DNA of 64,000 nt, taken from the NCBI GenBank assembly GCA_958009085.1, contig OY253679.1:62001-126000 (forward strand), written 5' to 3'. The notes under the pieces were generated by a model that was not told the DNA's origin, searched no databases, and saw nothing but the letters and a program-made list of their open reading frames with translations. The stretch's first letter is position 1; the number at the start of each line of letters is the position of its first letter. This stretch comes from Protoeuglena noctilucae. Its lineage: Eukaryota. Both the position numbers and the translations under genes were made by a program. Positions 38,050 to 51,362 of this stretch are shown piece by piece.

Positions 38050-39022
38050 CAGCGCCCTTCCATCTCCGCTCTCGCCACCCCGCACAGGGAGCGGGGCGTA
38101 CCCACAGTCCGGTCCACGCCGCCATTCCACGACACTCTCTCCTGTCTACTACCCGAATGCCTTTTCCGATCTCGGCTGCCGGTTGCCCGGCGCCCTCTTT
38201 TCGGCGCGGCTCACATCGCGGGGCCGCCCCATCTGCCGCCCCTGCTCCCCTGCCCCGTCCCTTGCCGTCCACAGACCGGCGATAGCACAGCGCCTGGGTC
38301 CTTCATTTTCCCGGCCCTCCCCGGTGCCCGCGGAGGCGTCGAGGTGCCCCATGCCACGTGCCCCCTCGCGCGAGGGTGTGCACTAGCGCAGCAGCCACGC
38401 GACGCGCGTCTGGCCTAGGCCCCGGATGCCCCGCGGCGCTCCGACAGCTGCGGCCGTCGCCCGCCCTGTTTTCCCCCACACTGAGCGCGCACCGGCCCCC
38501 TCGACCGCCCGCTCCTGTGACGCCGGGCGTGCCAGCGAGGCACGGTCCGGGCTTGGCGCTCCGTCCACCGTCCACTGCCCCACTGCCGCGCTGCTGCCGG
38601 CCACTGCTCGCGGCCGTGGCCCTCGTTGCCCCGGAGTCTGCGTTCTCCCGGCCCCTGCCCCTGCCTCTGTGTTTCACCCCACTGGTGCGGAGGGGCGGGG
38701 GCCGCACGCCGCGCGCCCTCTCGGCTGTGCGACGCGGCCTGCCCTGCCTCCGTCCCACGTGCTTTTTCCAACACTTTGCTCCCTTCACGCCACACCCTCC
38801 TACCGTACCCACGCGCAGCCCTTTGCCCGCGCGGCTGCCCTTGGATTTTGAAACGTAGGACATCATAGGAATTACAGGCTCCCGAGCCACAAGGCGCAGC
38901 TCAGCAGCGGCTGAGTCACGCGCATGCTTCCCTCATCCATGCCGCCCCTATGCCTCCACCATCCATGCATCCATGCCCCATGCCTCCATCATCATCCACA
39001 TATGCCAACCATCATCCATGCC

Positions 39023-42000
39023 CTATGCCGACGTCTCTTGGATGGATGTCCTCGCGCGTGCCACCTCCTCCCAGTCGCGACGTGTGAGGCGGAGGGGAGA
39101 GGGGGGCCGCACCTGGGGCAGGGGGGGTAGAGGAGCGATGAGAGGAGGCCAAAGTGCACCGGCACTGAAAAGACACGCCAGCATGTCACCCCTCCCGCAT
39201 GCCAGCCCACATCAGCCTGTCCAATCGCCTCAAATCCACCCACGGCAGCTCGTCTCAACCCCCCCATGCTAGCCCACGGCACTCATGCTAGCCCTTGACA
39301 ACTTGTCGCCCCTCCCGCATGCCGTCTCCCGCTCACCTCCGTGGCCCTGCGTGGCGACTCTGGCCTCCCGACCGGCCCGTGCCCGCGCTCAAGTCCCAGC
39401 CCGTGGATGTCCGCCTCCACGTCCACGTACATGGCCTGGGTGCCCAGCTCCGCGTTGGTGTGGCCCTGCCCGCGCATCGCCTGGTCGCGCGTGGTCTGGG
39501 CCCAGCGGCCGGGGGAGCCCCAGCGGGCGGGGTCGGGGGAGAGGGGGAGGTAGGCCTCGCCGCGCGTGACGGGGCGCGTGGTGGCGCCGCTGCCGGGGGA
39601 CTTGGGGACAGGCGAGGCCACCACCTCCACGCGGGTGGTGACGGCAGCCGAGGGGGGGCGCGTGGACAGGGACGGGGAGGGGGGGGACGCGGGGGCCGTG
39701 GGGCGGCGCGCGGGGGCGGTGCGGCGTCGGTGCCGGTCGGCGGCGCGGTGGGCGGAGAGGGAGCGGACCGCCGCGTGGTCGGGGGGGAGGAGGGCGGCCA
39801 CGGACGCCAGGCCCAGGGAGTCCTGGGGCATGCCCGGCCGCAGCGACGGCGTGGGCTGCCAGTCGACGACGTAGACGCCCGTGTCGTGGCGGAAGGGGCG
39901 GCCCGCGACACCCGGGGGGTCGCCCTGCACATCCGGGCGCCCCGACTCTGTGAAGGAAGGGGGGGTGACAGGTGGTGGGCATGAGGCAAGGTGCGGAGGC
40001 GGAGAGTCGCAGCAGGGTGAGTGCATGGGCATGAGACAGGGCAGTGTAGATGCTGAGGTCATGGGATATGTGCATGGGCATCGTGGATGGCGGGGGCGCT
40101 CACCGGTGTCGGTCCATGCCACACCCCCGGCATCCACCACCAGGTGCTGGTGGCGGGGGGGCACGTCCGCGGGGTCGGGCTCGGCGTCGGCGTCGGTGTC
40201 GAGGCGACTGGCGAGGCGCGTCAGCAGCGTGGAGGCTGCGGGAGAGGGCAAAGGACACGATGCCTGACACGGACCGCGTGAGTCAGTTGTTGTTGCTTGC
40301 ACACCCCGCCCCTCCCTCTGCGCGTGTCTCTCGCCTTCCACGCCGTCTTCCCGCACTGTCACGTGCGTCTCCACCTCCCGCCCCTCGACCACCACCGCAA
40401 AATCCACCTCGGGAAGCGAGGCCAGGGGCGCCGTGGCGGGGCGGGAGGGGTCGGGGGAGCGCTCCTCGCGGTGGAGGCGGGACGCGTTGAAGAGGAACCC
40501 GGAGCGCATGCCGGGACCTGGGGGAGAGGGGGGGGCCAGGGGGGCTGAGTGAAACAGGACGGCATGGCATGGCGCGTGCGGGGCAGGTGCAGCCATGCGC
40601 GCAGTTGCACCCACGCACCGGCGCGCACGGCGTCGTCGGTCGGCCGCGGGGTGGCGGGGGCGGCGCGCGGGGACGCGATGGAGGAGCTGGGGCGGTAGTG
40701 CTGGATGCGCCAGGTGAGCCCCCCCGCCGTGCGCGGCCTCGCCCCCCGCCGGTCCTCCACCGCAGCCACGGTGCCCGGGAACGCCACGTGCAGGTCGTCG
40801 GCCTCGTGGCCCGCGACGGTGCCCGCGGCGTTGTAGCCCCACGTCTCGCGGGTGAAGTAGGCCCCCGGGGGGGGCGTCTGCTCGCGAGGGTCCGCCAGGC
40901 GCCGCGCTGTGTCGCGGTCGAGGGAGCGGGGGAAGTAGTGCTGGCCCAGGGCGGTGCGGGGGCGCGTGAGGGCGAAGGGGCGCGAGGTGGCGTACGCGCC
41001 CAGGTGCGCCCCGGCCGTGCGCGGGTGCAGCTGGAAGGCCGGGTGCGTGGGGGCCGACCGCGTTGTGGCCAGGAAGGGACCCCAGCCGCGGCGCTTGCGG
41101 GGGGTGGGAGAGGCGGAGGCCGCGGGGGGCTGCGGGGGTAAGGAGGGGGCTCCGTTCTGTGCGGGTGTGGGTAAACAGGCACGGAGGCGGCCATGCTGCG
41201 GTGTGCGTGGGGGCAGGTCTCACCTGCGCAGCAGCTGCCGGGGCTGCGGTGGCCGTCGACCGCGCCATGCTCGTCGCCGCCATGCCAGCGCTCACGGCAG
41301 AGCGCGCCATGCTGGTGGCCCCCATGCCAGCGCTCGCTGTCGACCGTGCCATGCTGGCCGCCCCCATCCCCGCCTGCGGCCCCTCCTTGGCCGGGCTGCG
41401 CGCCGCGCCCTTCCCCGCCTTCCCGCCCCCCTTGGCCCGCTCCGCCGGCTGCTTGCGCGCTGCCACCCCCGGCTGCCCCAGTGCCTCTGCCGCCCAATGA
41501 CCTCCCGTCTGCACCGTATAGGACATGTCTGCCGCACGCGACCGCCGCGCGACGTGAGTCCACCGGGCGTCGTACTTGCCGGGTCCCATGAGGTCCCCGA
41601 TCGAGGACTTCAGCACCACGCGGGTCAGGTCGGGGCGGGGAGGGGCCGCGAAGGACGAGCTCGTGTGGGGGCGGGGGCGGCGGGCGAGGCCCGAGGCACT
41701 CGGGTCACCCAGGTGCTGCTTGAAGAGCTTATCCACTGCAAGGAGAGGACACAAGGAGAGTTTGTGACCACGGACCAGGGCGGCAGCGCTGACATGGGCA
41801 TGGCAAAGAACTGCTGTCCACGCACCCGACACCCTGCCCCCCGCGGGCGCCGTCCCCGGTCTCTCCCCCTGCAGCCGCGCCGCGATGGAGTAGTAGGACC
41901 CTACCCCCCGCCTCGCTGCTGCCTTTGTCTCCCCGCGATAATTCTCCAAAGTCACCGCCCCCAGCCGCACCAGGCCGCCCGCCTGCCCCTCCTCTGCCGC

Positions 42001-42484
42001 CACCAGCAGCGCCGCCTGGTCGCGGTCGTCGCCACGCTCGGTCGCCTTCGCCGCGCGCTGCGAGGGAGGGCGGGGCGAGCGGATCACCGCACGGGCTGAC
42101 CTGTCGCTCCCCACACCCTCTATCTGCCCACCCCTGTCGCCCTGTGGCTCCCAGTTCACTCGCCTTGGCTGCCGCGTCGTGTGCCATGAGGTCCTGCTGC
42201 AGTGCCACCAGCCCTGAGGGGAAGCTCTTGGCCGACGACTGGCCCACCTTGCTGCGGGTCAGGAGACGAGACCAGACTGACAGTGAGAGGACGCGGCAGT
42301 GGCAGCGGAGACGACGACGGCGCAGGTCGACAGGGGCCATGGCATGAGGAGCCCAGCCCAGTCCGCACCTGAAGCACTGCGTGGGGAGGAGGCTCTGCCG
42401 CGACACGAAGCTCCGGCTCATGGCCTGCTCCCGGCTCAGCACGCCCACGACCAGGCTGGGGGCATCCGTTGCTGGTTCCGACAT
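39023..42484 (-). CDS. Hypothetical protein with PGxY (SHIPPO/ODF3-like) motifs, possibly axonemal, multi-exon
   Basis: Exon peptides LMGPGKYDA and EQTPPPGAYF; repeated SMARSTA units; splice-consistent last exon ending at TAG 39023. Confidence 0.5.
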
Positions 42485-43650
42485 TGCGTCACGTCTAGGA
42501 TTAGGCGGCCGGGACACCGGCGGGGCCGCTCCCCATTCTGCAAGGGAGGGATGCGGCCTCGTTTCGCGAGAGCCTGGAGACCTGGACCTAGGAGCGCATG
42601 CATTTTACTCTCGAATGAACGGCATAGGCGACCGCGGGGCAGCTGGGCGCGGCGTGAGCCGGCGGGCCGTCTGCCATCCGCGAGCGATGCGACGCCCGCT
42701 CCCATCCAGCGGTTCGGGCCCTTGCACGCGTGCCCAGCGCCAGATCAACGCTCACCTAGTTGATGAACTCGGACGCGGGTCGCTTTCGAAGACTGGTTGC
42801 GCCGCTAAACGCGTGACCCTGCCGCTCCCTGCTAGCGGGTCCCTGCGCGGGCGGGAAGCCGGGCCAGCGGTGAGTGACGGTCGATCAACGCCGCCTACTT
42901 CCCAATTTTCAGGATGAGAGTGTGCAGGGTCTCAGGTGCCGCCCTGTCGCGCAAACTAGGGCCCATGCATGTAGGGTCTGCTGCGGACTCGCGCGGCGGA
43001 TGCCCCAGGCACGACATCGGTCGCAGGTAGTAATCTAAGCGTGTTTGCGAAGTAAACGCACCTAAATCAGCGAGGTGCCTCCGGAGCGGCGTTTAGGAAC
43101 TGAGATAACGCGTCGGGTCCAGCGACATGTCGTCCTCCAACCACAGCGATTAATCAGAGCAATTGAGCGACCTGGAGGTGGCCCACCGGTCTGAGATCGA
43201 GGCGAGCTTCCGTCGGACGGGCGGGCCCGTCTGACATTGTTGCCCAGGGTTCATCTGCCGCGCCTGGACCTGCGGCGGTGAGCCGTCCCACTCGATCGCA
43301 AGTTCATGTACGACGTATTGCTATCGCGGTCTCTCGGGAGCAAAGGACCCTTGAAGCGTCGGAGAATCGGCTTGGGAGTCCAGCAACGTTCGTAGGGATT
43401 GTAGCGGCCGACGAGACTGAAGCGTGAAGGCAGGGCGTGATTGCTGACCGCACTTACGAGATAATACCTTGGACAGCACCGCGGAGCTTGTAGAGGACTC
43501 GGCTGACTTCCCAGGTGCCCCATGCACGGCGACTTTCTTATGCGCACCGTATCATACCGGCTGGGCAGTCTCGCGGGCTCCTTGAGTGAGAGGGTTTCGT
43601 TGTCCTTGGCTCATTCCGCAGGGCTAGCGAGGGCGACCAGGGCAGGCGGG

Positions 43651-44954
43651 ATGGTCGACGTGGCCGGGCAAGGGTTGCAGCGCCCCCCCACGGTGCAGAT
43701 GCTTGACCCTGCCTCGACCTCTGCCTACGAGCACATCGTGGCGGAGCGTCGGTGCGAGCGGGACAAGCGCATGCGGTGAGGGACCCTCGCGGCTGCAGGG
43801 GGGCACGCGTCGCGGGCGCACGGCCGGTCGTCTCTAACGGTACCTGAGGGTGCTGACGACCGCACGTCCTCCCCCTGCCCCAGGAACAACGCCTTTGCGA
43901 CCATCAAAGCCGCGAACGACCCCCCCCGGGTGCGCGTCCAGCCCGGCCGCGACGTCAAGCAGCCGGCGCCCAACGGCCCCATCTACATGCGCCGGCACAC
44001 GCACCAGCACACCTTCGCGCTGGGAGTGGACTCGTTCCACCAGGCAACCAATTGCGCCTGGCGCATGGCCTTTGCACCTGGTCACTCATGCCGACAGCCC
44101 TGCTGCGCAGTCGCAGCACGCTGCGCCAGTGAGCCACGCTGAATGTGTGTGCGCCTGCATGATTCGCAACCATCAATGCCGCATCCCCGCAGGTCCGTCT
44201 GTTCCGCAGCTGGCAGCCGGGTTTTCAGGGCGTCCCGGACGCGGACGTCAACCTGGACGCATACGTGGCGGAGATCGACGAGAGGATCCGAAGGACCGAT
44301 CGCACGCTGGCAGCACTGCACCGCAAATGCGAGGCGGCGGTCAAGGCGAGGGGCACGGGAATCGCGATAGAGCATCCCTCAGCCATTGTGCATGTCAGCC
44401 ATCGCCCCGCCCCAAGGCACCGGCTTGTGCCTGTGCGATGCCAGGACTGCTCTCCCGCCCACGCAGGGCCTGCTGTCCGGCCCTGACGCCGAGCCCCTGA
44501 TGTTCGAGATGAAAGAGGACATCAACAGCAGCGCCACGCGGCAGATGGAGTTCTTTGTGGCTTGCACGCAACGGTGGGCGGGCGTGCCCCTGGCGCACCG
44601 GGCGCAGGTGGCGCAGCAAATCCAGGCGAGTGAAGAGGGGGGAAATGTTGGTGATTGAGAGCGGCAGTGTTGATGGATGATGCCGCGGGACACGTGTCTT
44701 GCCCACTGCCTGTGTCATGCTTACTGTCTCTGTTACACCCACTGCCTGCGTTGCGCCCAGCGCATGCATTACGCTCACTGCCTGTGTCTGTGTGTGCCAA
44801 CTACCCCTGTCCCCGCCCCTCACCGCAGGCGTCCATCCAGGCGGGCAAGCTGGACCTGGAGAGCCGTGCATTGGAGAATTGGGACGCGGACGTCAGGGAC
44901 ATCTACGATAGCATCCCCCACCGACCCAACCCGTACCCCCCGCTGCCCCTGTGA
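43651..44954 (+). CDS. Hypothetical protein, 5 exons
   Basis: MVDVAGQGLQRPP..DKRMR|NNAFATIKAAND..SFHQ|..EIDERIRRTDRTL..AVK|GLLSGPD..QQIQ|ASIQAGKLDLES..PPLPL*; third exon frame unclear. Confidence 0.55.
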
Positions 44955-45029
44955 GCACGGGCGGCGACCCTAGCCAGTGCGGTGCATGCGGTGGATACGC
45001 GTCGCGGCATTCAACGCAGTCAAGAGATG

Positions 45030-46196
45030 TCAAGCGATGCGGTAGAGGCGTCTTGCGGTCTTCTCTGCCGCCCACGCCACCTCCTCCTCGGAGAGCGCCA
45101 GCGCCGCGCTGCCTAAGACGTCCCACGCCTCGTCGTAGCCCCCGCGATCGAAGGTCCAGGGCCAGTCGGTCCCGAACAGCACGCGCTCCTTCCCAAACGC
45201 ATCAAAGACGCGACGCACCAGGGGCGCAAGGTCCTCGTAAGGGGCGGGGCGCTCGGAGCATCGAAAGAGCCCCGACAGCTTGACGTGCACTTGCGGGTGC
45301 TTCGATGGGGGGTGACGAGGGAGTGATGCTGCTGCGATGCGGCCACGTGCCATGGACTGCATGCACTGCGGTGCTACGGTCTTTGACAAGTGCAAGCCAC
45401 GCACGCATCGACTCACCTCCGCCAGCGCCAGCAGCGCCTCGCAAGCCGCTTCGTCCCCCGGCCGGCAGAACCCCACATGGTCAATGACGGCAGGCGTGGC
45501 GGGGCTGTGGCGCAGCAGGGCGCGGACGTCCGCCTCGTAGCGCGCCACCCCGTCAAAGAGCGCGAACCCCACGGGGACCCCCAGCTCCCCCGCGAGCGCG
45601 AATAGCACCCTCCCCTCTTCGTCCGCAATGCCCGCCCCCCGCGGCCACAGCTGGGGGTTGAAGCGCACCCCACAGAAGCCCTCCTCCTCGACCAGGTAGG
45701 CCAGCTTGGCCGCGCCGTCCGCGTTCTCGCGAGGGTCGGCCAGGGCGACGCAGGCCAGGCGCCCCGGGTGCTTGCGTGCGCACTGCACCAGGTATGAATG
45801 GTCGAAGCCATGCACGCCCGCCTGCACGGCCACCGCCACCTCCACCTGAGGGGCGGGACGGGATGCTGCTGAGGTGCCACAGGCCGACGGGCACAGAGGG
45901 GCGCGATTAGCTGTGCTTGTAGCAGGTGAGCGGCCTGCCCACGCCTCGCGCTGCCTCGCCTTGTTGCAGTCGAGCTCAGCCATTAAGAGGTCGACCGATC
46001 CCGCCACGGGGGGCTCCACGCCCTTCGCGCCGTGCATCTGGGCCTTGTAGGGGAAGCGCTTGCTGCCGCTTGGGGCCCACACGTGCACGTGAGCGTCGAT
46101 GCGGCCGGCATGCGTCACGGTGCCCTCGCGGCGGCGAGCCTGAGCTGGCGCGCGCCTCCACGCCGCGCCGATGCCGTGTAACAGAAAAGAAGCCAT
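45030..46196 (-). CDS. Amidohydrolase-2 family TIM-barrel metallohydrolase (lactonase-like)
   Basis: IDAHVHVW, GFDHSYL, GFCGVRFNP, VIDHVG, VHVKLSGLFR, FGKERVLFGTDWPW. Confidence 0.88.
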   Translation of the reverse strand: MASFLLHGIGAAWRRAPAQARRREGTVTHAGRIDAHVHVWAPSGSKRFPYKAQMHGAKGVEPPVAGSVDLLMAELDCNKARQREAWAGRSPATSTANRAPLCPSACGTSAASRPAPQVEVAVAVQAGVHGFDHSYLVQCARKHPGRLACVALADPRENADGAAKLAYLVEEEGFCGVRFNPQLWPRGAGIADEEGRVLFALAGELGVPVGFALFDGVARYEADVRALLRHSPATPAVIDHVGFCRPGDEAACEALLALAEVSRCVRGLHLSKTVAPQCMQSMARGRIAAASLPRHPPSKHPQVHVKLSGLFRCSERPAPYEDLAPLVRRVFDAFGKERVLFGTDWPWTFDRGGYDEAWDVLGSAALALSEEEVAWAAEKTARRLYRIA

Positions 46197-46614
46197 CGCA
46201 CTACCTCCAGACGCGCGGGGCAGTCAGCCTGCCCCGCTCAGCCTCGCGCGTCCCCGACAACTGCGATGGCTCGGATTGTCAGCCCCGCGACTGATAGCCT
46301 GACCCGAATGCAGCGATGGATCAATCACGATGCAAAGTCAAATACTTGCACACAAGAAACAGCCAGAGCGGCAGCCAGGGTGCGGCTTCAGACCGCGCGA
46401 GTCAATCGCCGCTGTCCCTGCGCCGGAGCGATATATTCGTGCTTCAGATGTTGTCGCAGGGTAATATCAGAGACATAAATAACGCGGATGGCACCTCGCC
46501 CTTCTAGAGGCCGCGCAAAATGCCAGTCGCGGGCGTTTCCGACATTCAAAGCGCCCGGCGCGCCTCGCCAGGCCGCTGCGGCGGAGAGCGACGATCGCGG
46601 CCCTCTTCTCCCGC

Positions 46615-49600
46615 TCACGAGGTGGTCTGGTTGAGGCGCAGGGCCCCGAAGCTCCCCGTGGTGATCTGGTTCACCACGTCCGTCGCAGCCTCGGCGGCCA
46701 CCTGGGCCCGCAGCGCTTGGAAAAAGCCGCCCGGCACCGCGCCGGGGGCCTCCGCGACCTCCCGCGCCCCGTCCGCAGGTCCGTACCCGCCCCCGCCGGG
46801 CGTCTCGATGCGCACCGCGTCGCCCTGCCCCACCGCCACGGTCGCCTTGGGTCCCAGGCTCACCACGCGCCCATCCGCCCGCAGGAGCAGATTGCGCCCG
46901 GCCGCGCCCGGCCCGCCGCCCATGAGCCCGAAGGGCCGGTGGCTGCGGCGCTCCGACAGCACCCCGACGGTGAGGGGACGCAGGAACTCCACCTCCCTCA
47001 CCGCGCCATCGCCGCCCCTCCACGCGCCCTCCCCCCCCGACCCCCTCCGCACCTCGAACCTCCGCAGCACCACCGGGTACCTCCTTTCCAATATCTCCGG
47101 ATCCGTGATGCGCGTGTTGGTCATGTGCGTCTGCACGGCCGCCTTCCCGTGCCAGGACGGCCCCGCGCCCGCGCCCCCCGCAATCGTCTCGTAGTACCCC
47201 ATGTGAGCATCGCCGAATGTGAAGTTGTTCATGCATCCCTGAGACGCGGCGCACGCCTTGAATGCCTTGAGCACGACGTCCGTGACGCGCTGGGAGGTGA
47301 GCACGTTGCCGCCCACCACGGCCGCGTCGGCGCTGGGGTTGAGGAGGCACCCGGGGGGGATGCGGATGCGCACTGGGACGAGGCAGCCGGCGTTGAGGGG
47401 GATGTCGCGGACAATGAGGCACCTGGGGAGAGGAGGTGAGGGGAGAGTTCATCAACAGGTGATGGGGTGGGAATGGCTGGCTGGAGTAGATGGCTGCTGT
47501 TAGCAGTGGGTAGGGGCGCAGGCGCAGGGACAGTTATATGCTCCAAGTACTACCTGCTTACAGCCAGCGGTCGATACCAGGCACGATAGCCACACGCTTA
47601 CAGCGAGTGGTGGAACGTCTCACGCGATCGGCATGACACAGCAGTGGCAACCAGCATCTCTCCGCAGCCCTCGCCTCAAAGAGTACAGGACGGCGGAGTA
47701 GGTGACCGCGACGGGTGCGTTGGTGTTGCCGTGGACCTCGGGCCCCGTGCCCTCGAAGTCGAACAGTGCTGTGCCGTCCCTCCGATCCACGGTCACGCGT
47801 AGCCGTATGGGCGTGCCGTCGTCCATGCAGTCCTCCGCGACCACCTCGCCCACCTCGGGCAGGCCGCACTCGAGGGAAAACTCCCTGAGCATCTCACGCA
47901 CCGCCTCCTCCGCGTTGCTCTGGGGGAAGGAGGTGGGGTGGGGTGAGAGAGGGAGGTGGGGTGGGATGTCAGGTGGGTGTGAGGGAGAGAGGGAGGTGGG
48001 GTGGGTGTGGGGTGAGAGAGGAAGGTGGGGTGGGATGTGGGGTGGGTGTGAGGGGAGAAAGGGAGGGTAGCTAGTCATGGGCAATCCGCACTCGCCTGGA
48101 TGTGTCTCATGTATGCCTGCGTCATGGGTAATCCGTACTCCCCGATGAGGGCGGCCACCAGCTTGATGCCCTTGTTGTTGGCAGCCACCTGGGGGGGGGG
48201 GGGGGGCAGCGAGCGAGCGATGCGTTCAGCGTGATGCAAGAAAGCTGATCGCTGTTAGTGCAATCACTTGTGTAGCATGTCCCGTGTCGATGCCCGTCTC
48301 AGCCCTCATCACACACTCCACCCTCCTCCAGCCCCATCCTCGGCCGGGCCTTGAGTGGCAACACCAGTCACAGCATCACCCACACCACACCCCCACCCCC
48401 CTCGCCTGTGCCTTGAGGTCCGACACGGAGTCCTCGAGTGTCCGGCACCCCGCCATGCCCGGCATCTCATCGGCAAGCTTCCCAGGCGCCATCAGCAATT
48501 GACGAATACCCTCTTCCTGGAATGCGCCCCCTTTGACGAGCTTGAAGGATTCGATCGCCGCACCTTCCTCCACCAGCCGCGTGGAGTGGGGGGGCATGGA
48601 GCCTGGGGCGATGCCTGTGGGGGAGAGGGAAGGGGGATGTGAATGGTTGTGAATGATTGAGGATGAGGCAGTGACGAGTGAAGGGATGGCGGTGGTTGGG
48701 AGAGCGGCGGGTGAGGGGGCGATGGTATAAGAGAGGGATGGATGGGGTAGCGACAGCGCACAAGGGTGCGAGCGCGAGCGCGGGACGATCGGTCAACAGG
48801 GGCCACAGATGTGGGTGGTCTCAGTAACACATAAGCACGCGTGTTTGTCTCACCCCCGATGTCTGCGTGGTGCCCGCGGCTGGCCACAAAGAACACGACC
48901 TGGGGAGTGCCAGTCGCGTCGGATGCAAAGACGGGCGTGATGACGGTGATGTCGGGGAGGTGGGAGCCGCCCGCGGTGGTCGGGTGGTTGGTCACCAGCA
49001 CGTCGCCCTGGGGAGAGGGAGAAGGGGTGAGGTGGGGTGGAGTGGTGAGGTTTGATGTGACGTGGTGTGATGTGATGTGGTGTGATGTGGTGCTATGAGG
49101 GGCACATGGGGCCATGAAGAGCGTAACATTGAGGAACGTAGCAGTGAGACATGGCGCGACAACACAAGTGACGACTGCTTTACATGCCCCTAGTAGTTAT
49201 CAGCCCCATCGCATCGCAATGCATTGATTGCTCCGCATAGCATGTGCCCCCCATGTCACCTGCGCCAGTCCCTCGTCTTTCAGAGGCCCATCGGTGTACA
49301 TCCACAGCTGGTGCTTGACGGCCGCGCCCATCGACCCCAAATGCACGGGCATGTGGGGCGCGTTGGCCACCAAGTCGCCGTCCGGCCCAAACAGCGCACA
49401 GCTGAAGTCGAGTCGTTCCTTGATGTTCACCGACACCGAGGTGCGCTGGAGCGTGCGGCCCATCTGCTCCGCGATGCTCATGAAGCGGTGGCTGAAGACG
49501 GCGAGCGTGATGGGGTCGCACCGGAGCGACAGAGAGGGGCGCGCAGGGGGTGCTTGTGGTGCAACCGGGCCGGGGCGGGGGTCAGGGGGAGGCGCGAAGT

Positions 49601-51330
49601 GGTCCGGGAGGATGCGGATGAGGAGGGATCCGTCGAAAGTGACCTTGGCGACTGCCTTGGGAACCACGACTACGGTGGTCACTCTGTCGATCACCAAAGC
49701 GGGGCCAGGGATCTCGTCGCCGGGCGCGAGGTCCTCCATGATGTAGACCGGCACGGGTGCGCGGCCCGTTTCCTCGAAATAGGCCGAGGAGTGGGTGCGG
49801 GGGGAGGGGCGGCGACAGGGGGCGGCGGGGGCAGAGGCGGGGGGCGGGAGCGACCCCGCGTGGCCGGTCCCGCGCACCCGGATGTCGTCGACCACCACGC
49901 TGCGGCCCTCCATGACGAACCCGAACTCCCGCAGATACGCCTCCGCAAATGCCCGGGCGAAGTCTCCGTCGGGAGGGCGGGCGACCATCAGCGCCACGTC
50001 GGTCCCCTCGTATCGCAAATACAGGAATCGTTCCGCGGATGCAGATTCCTTGGGGAATCCCTGGGCCTCGAGTGCGGCGAGGACGGTGCTGGCGAGGGCG
50101 TCCATGCGCGACTCGAGGGCGGGGAGCGTCGCGGGGGACAGCACGGTCGCGCAGGGCTCCTGGGCCTCCTTGACCACGTCTGGGGGGGGGGGAAGGGTGG
50201 TGGGGTGTTTGTTATAAGTGGGGTTGTGGGGTGTTGGTATGGGTGGGGTTGGGGGTGCATGATAGGGTGGGGGGGGGGGGGGGGGAGGGAGGGAGCGGCT
50301 GAGGTGCGAGAGAGAAGTAGCAATCAATTGCAAGATCCCAGTATCACACAAGAGGAAGTCCACATGCTGCGGTGACCACGGTGGGCAGGCATCCCTACCC
50401 AAGCAACGTGGGTGCGAGTGTCGGTGCGACTTGTGCAGTACCCAAGTGTTGTCGTGCCCACACAACCCCCCCGCATGCACGCCTCACCCGCGAGGTGGAT
50501 TCCGACCGCGGAGAGCACCCCCGAGTGTCGGTGGATGAACACCGTCTTCATCCCCAGCATGCGCGCGATGGCGCAGGCGTGCTGCCCACCCGCGCCCCCG
50601 AAGCAAGCCAGCACGTGGCGCTCGGCGTCGTAACCCCGCATCTGCGTGAGCTCCCGGATGGGCCGGCACATGGCCTCGTTGGCCACTTTCAGAAACCCGA
50701 ATGCCACCTCGTCGACCGTCTTGTCGGGCAGGCCGTGGGCGCGGCAGTGGGCGTTGACCTCTTCCCGCAGAGATTCGAACGCTTTCGTGGACCCCTCCAG
50801 GTCCAGTGGCTCGCGCTCGCTGGGTCCGAAGATCTTGGGGAAGAAGTCGGGGACGATGCGGCCGAGGACCAGGTTGGCGTCTGTTTGGGGGGGGGGGACA
50901 TGACGGGGGGGAGGTGAGATGGTGGGTTTAGATGTCGGGTGGGAGGGGTGAAGGGGGTGTGATGGGGGGGGGAGGTGTGTGGGGTGTGATGTGTAGGGTG
51001 AGATGTGTGGGGGATGAGACATGGGGTTGGCAGCAACAGTTGACACCTCAACTCAGTGCAGGCCGGCAGTTGCAGCGCCCAGCAGCAGTGGCAACACCCC
51101 CATCCACCCCCCCCTCACCCGTGACGGCGAGGCTGCCCCCCTTGCGGTAGCACAGGGGCCCCGGGTGTGCCCCGACGAACTCGGGCCCAACGAGGAAGAC
51201 GCCACTACGAAAGACGAGTCGAGAGCCACCCCCCGCCGCCACGGTGCTGATGTCCAGCTGCGGCGCCTGGATGGTCACGCCCGCGGTGGTGGATTCGAAC
51301 ACGTGCTCCAGGGACCCGGCGTATCGGGAG

Positions 51331-51362
<32 letters not shown>

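Noticed and set aside
42900..43600. Lower-GC intergenic stretch as a structured ncRNA
   Set aside because: Only a short hairpin; no recognisable RNA family motif; probably promoter/UTR
47920..49100. G-rich and (GTGTGAT)n repeats in OXP1
   Set aside because: Ordinary intronic low-complexity and simple repeats
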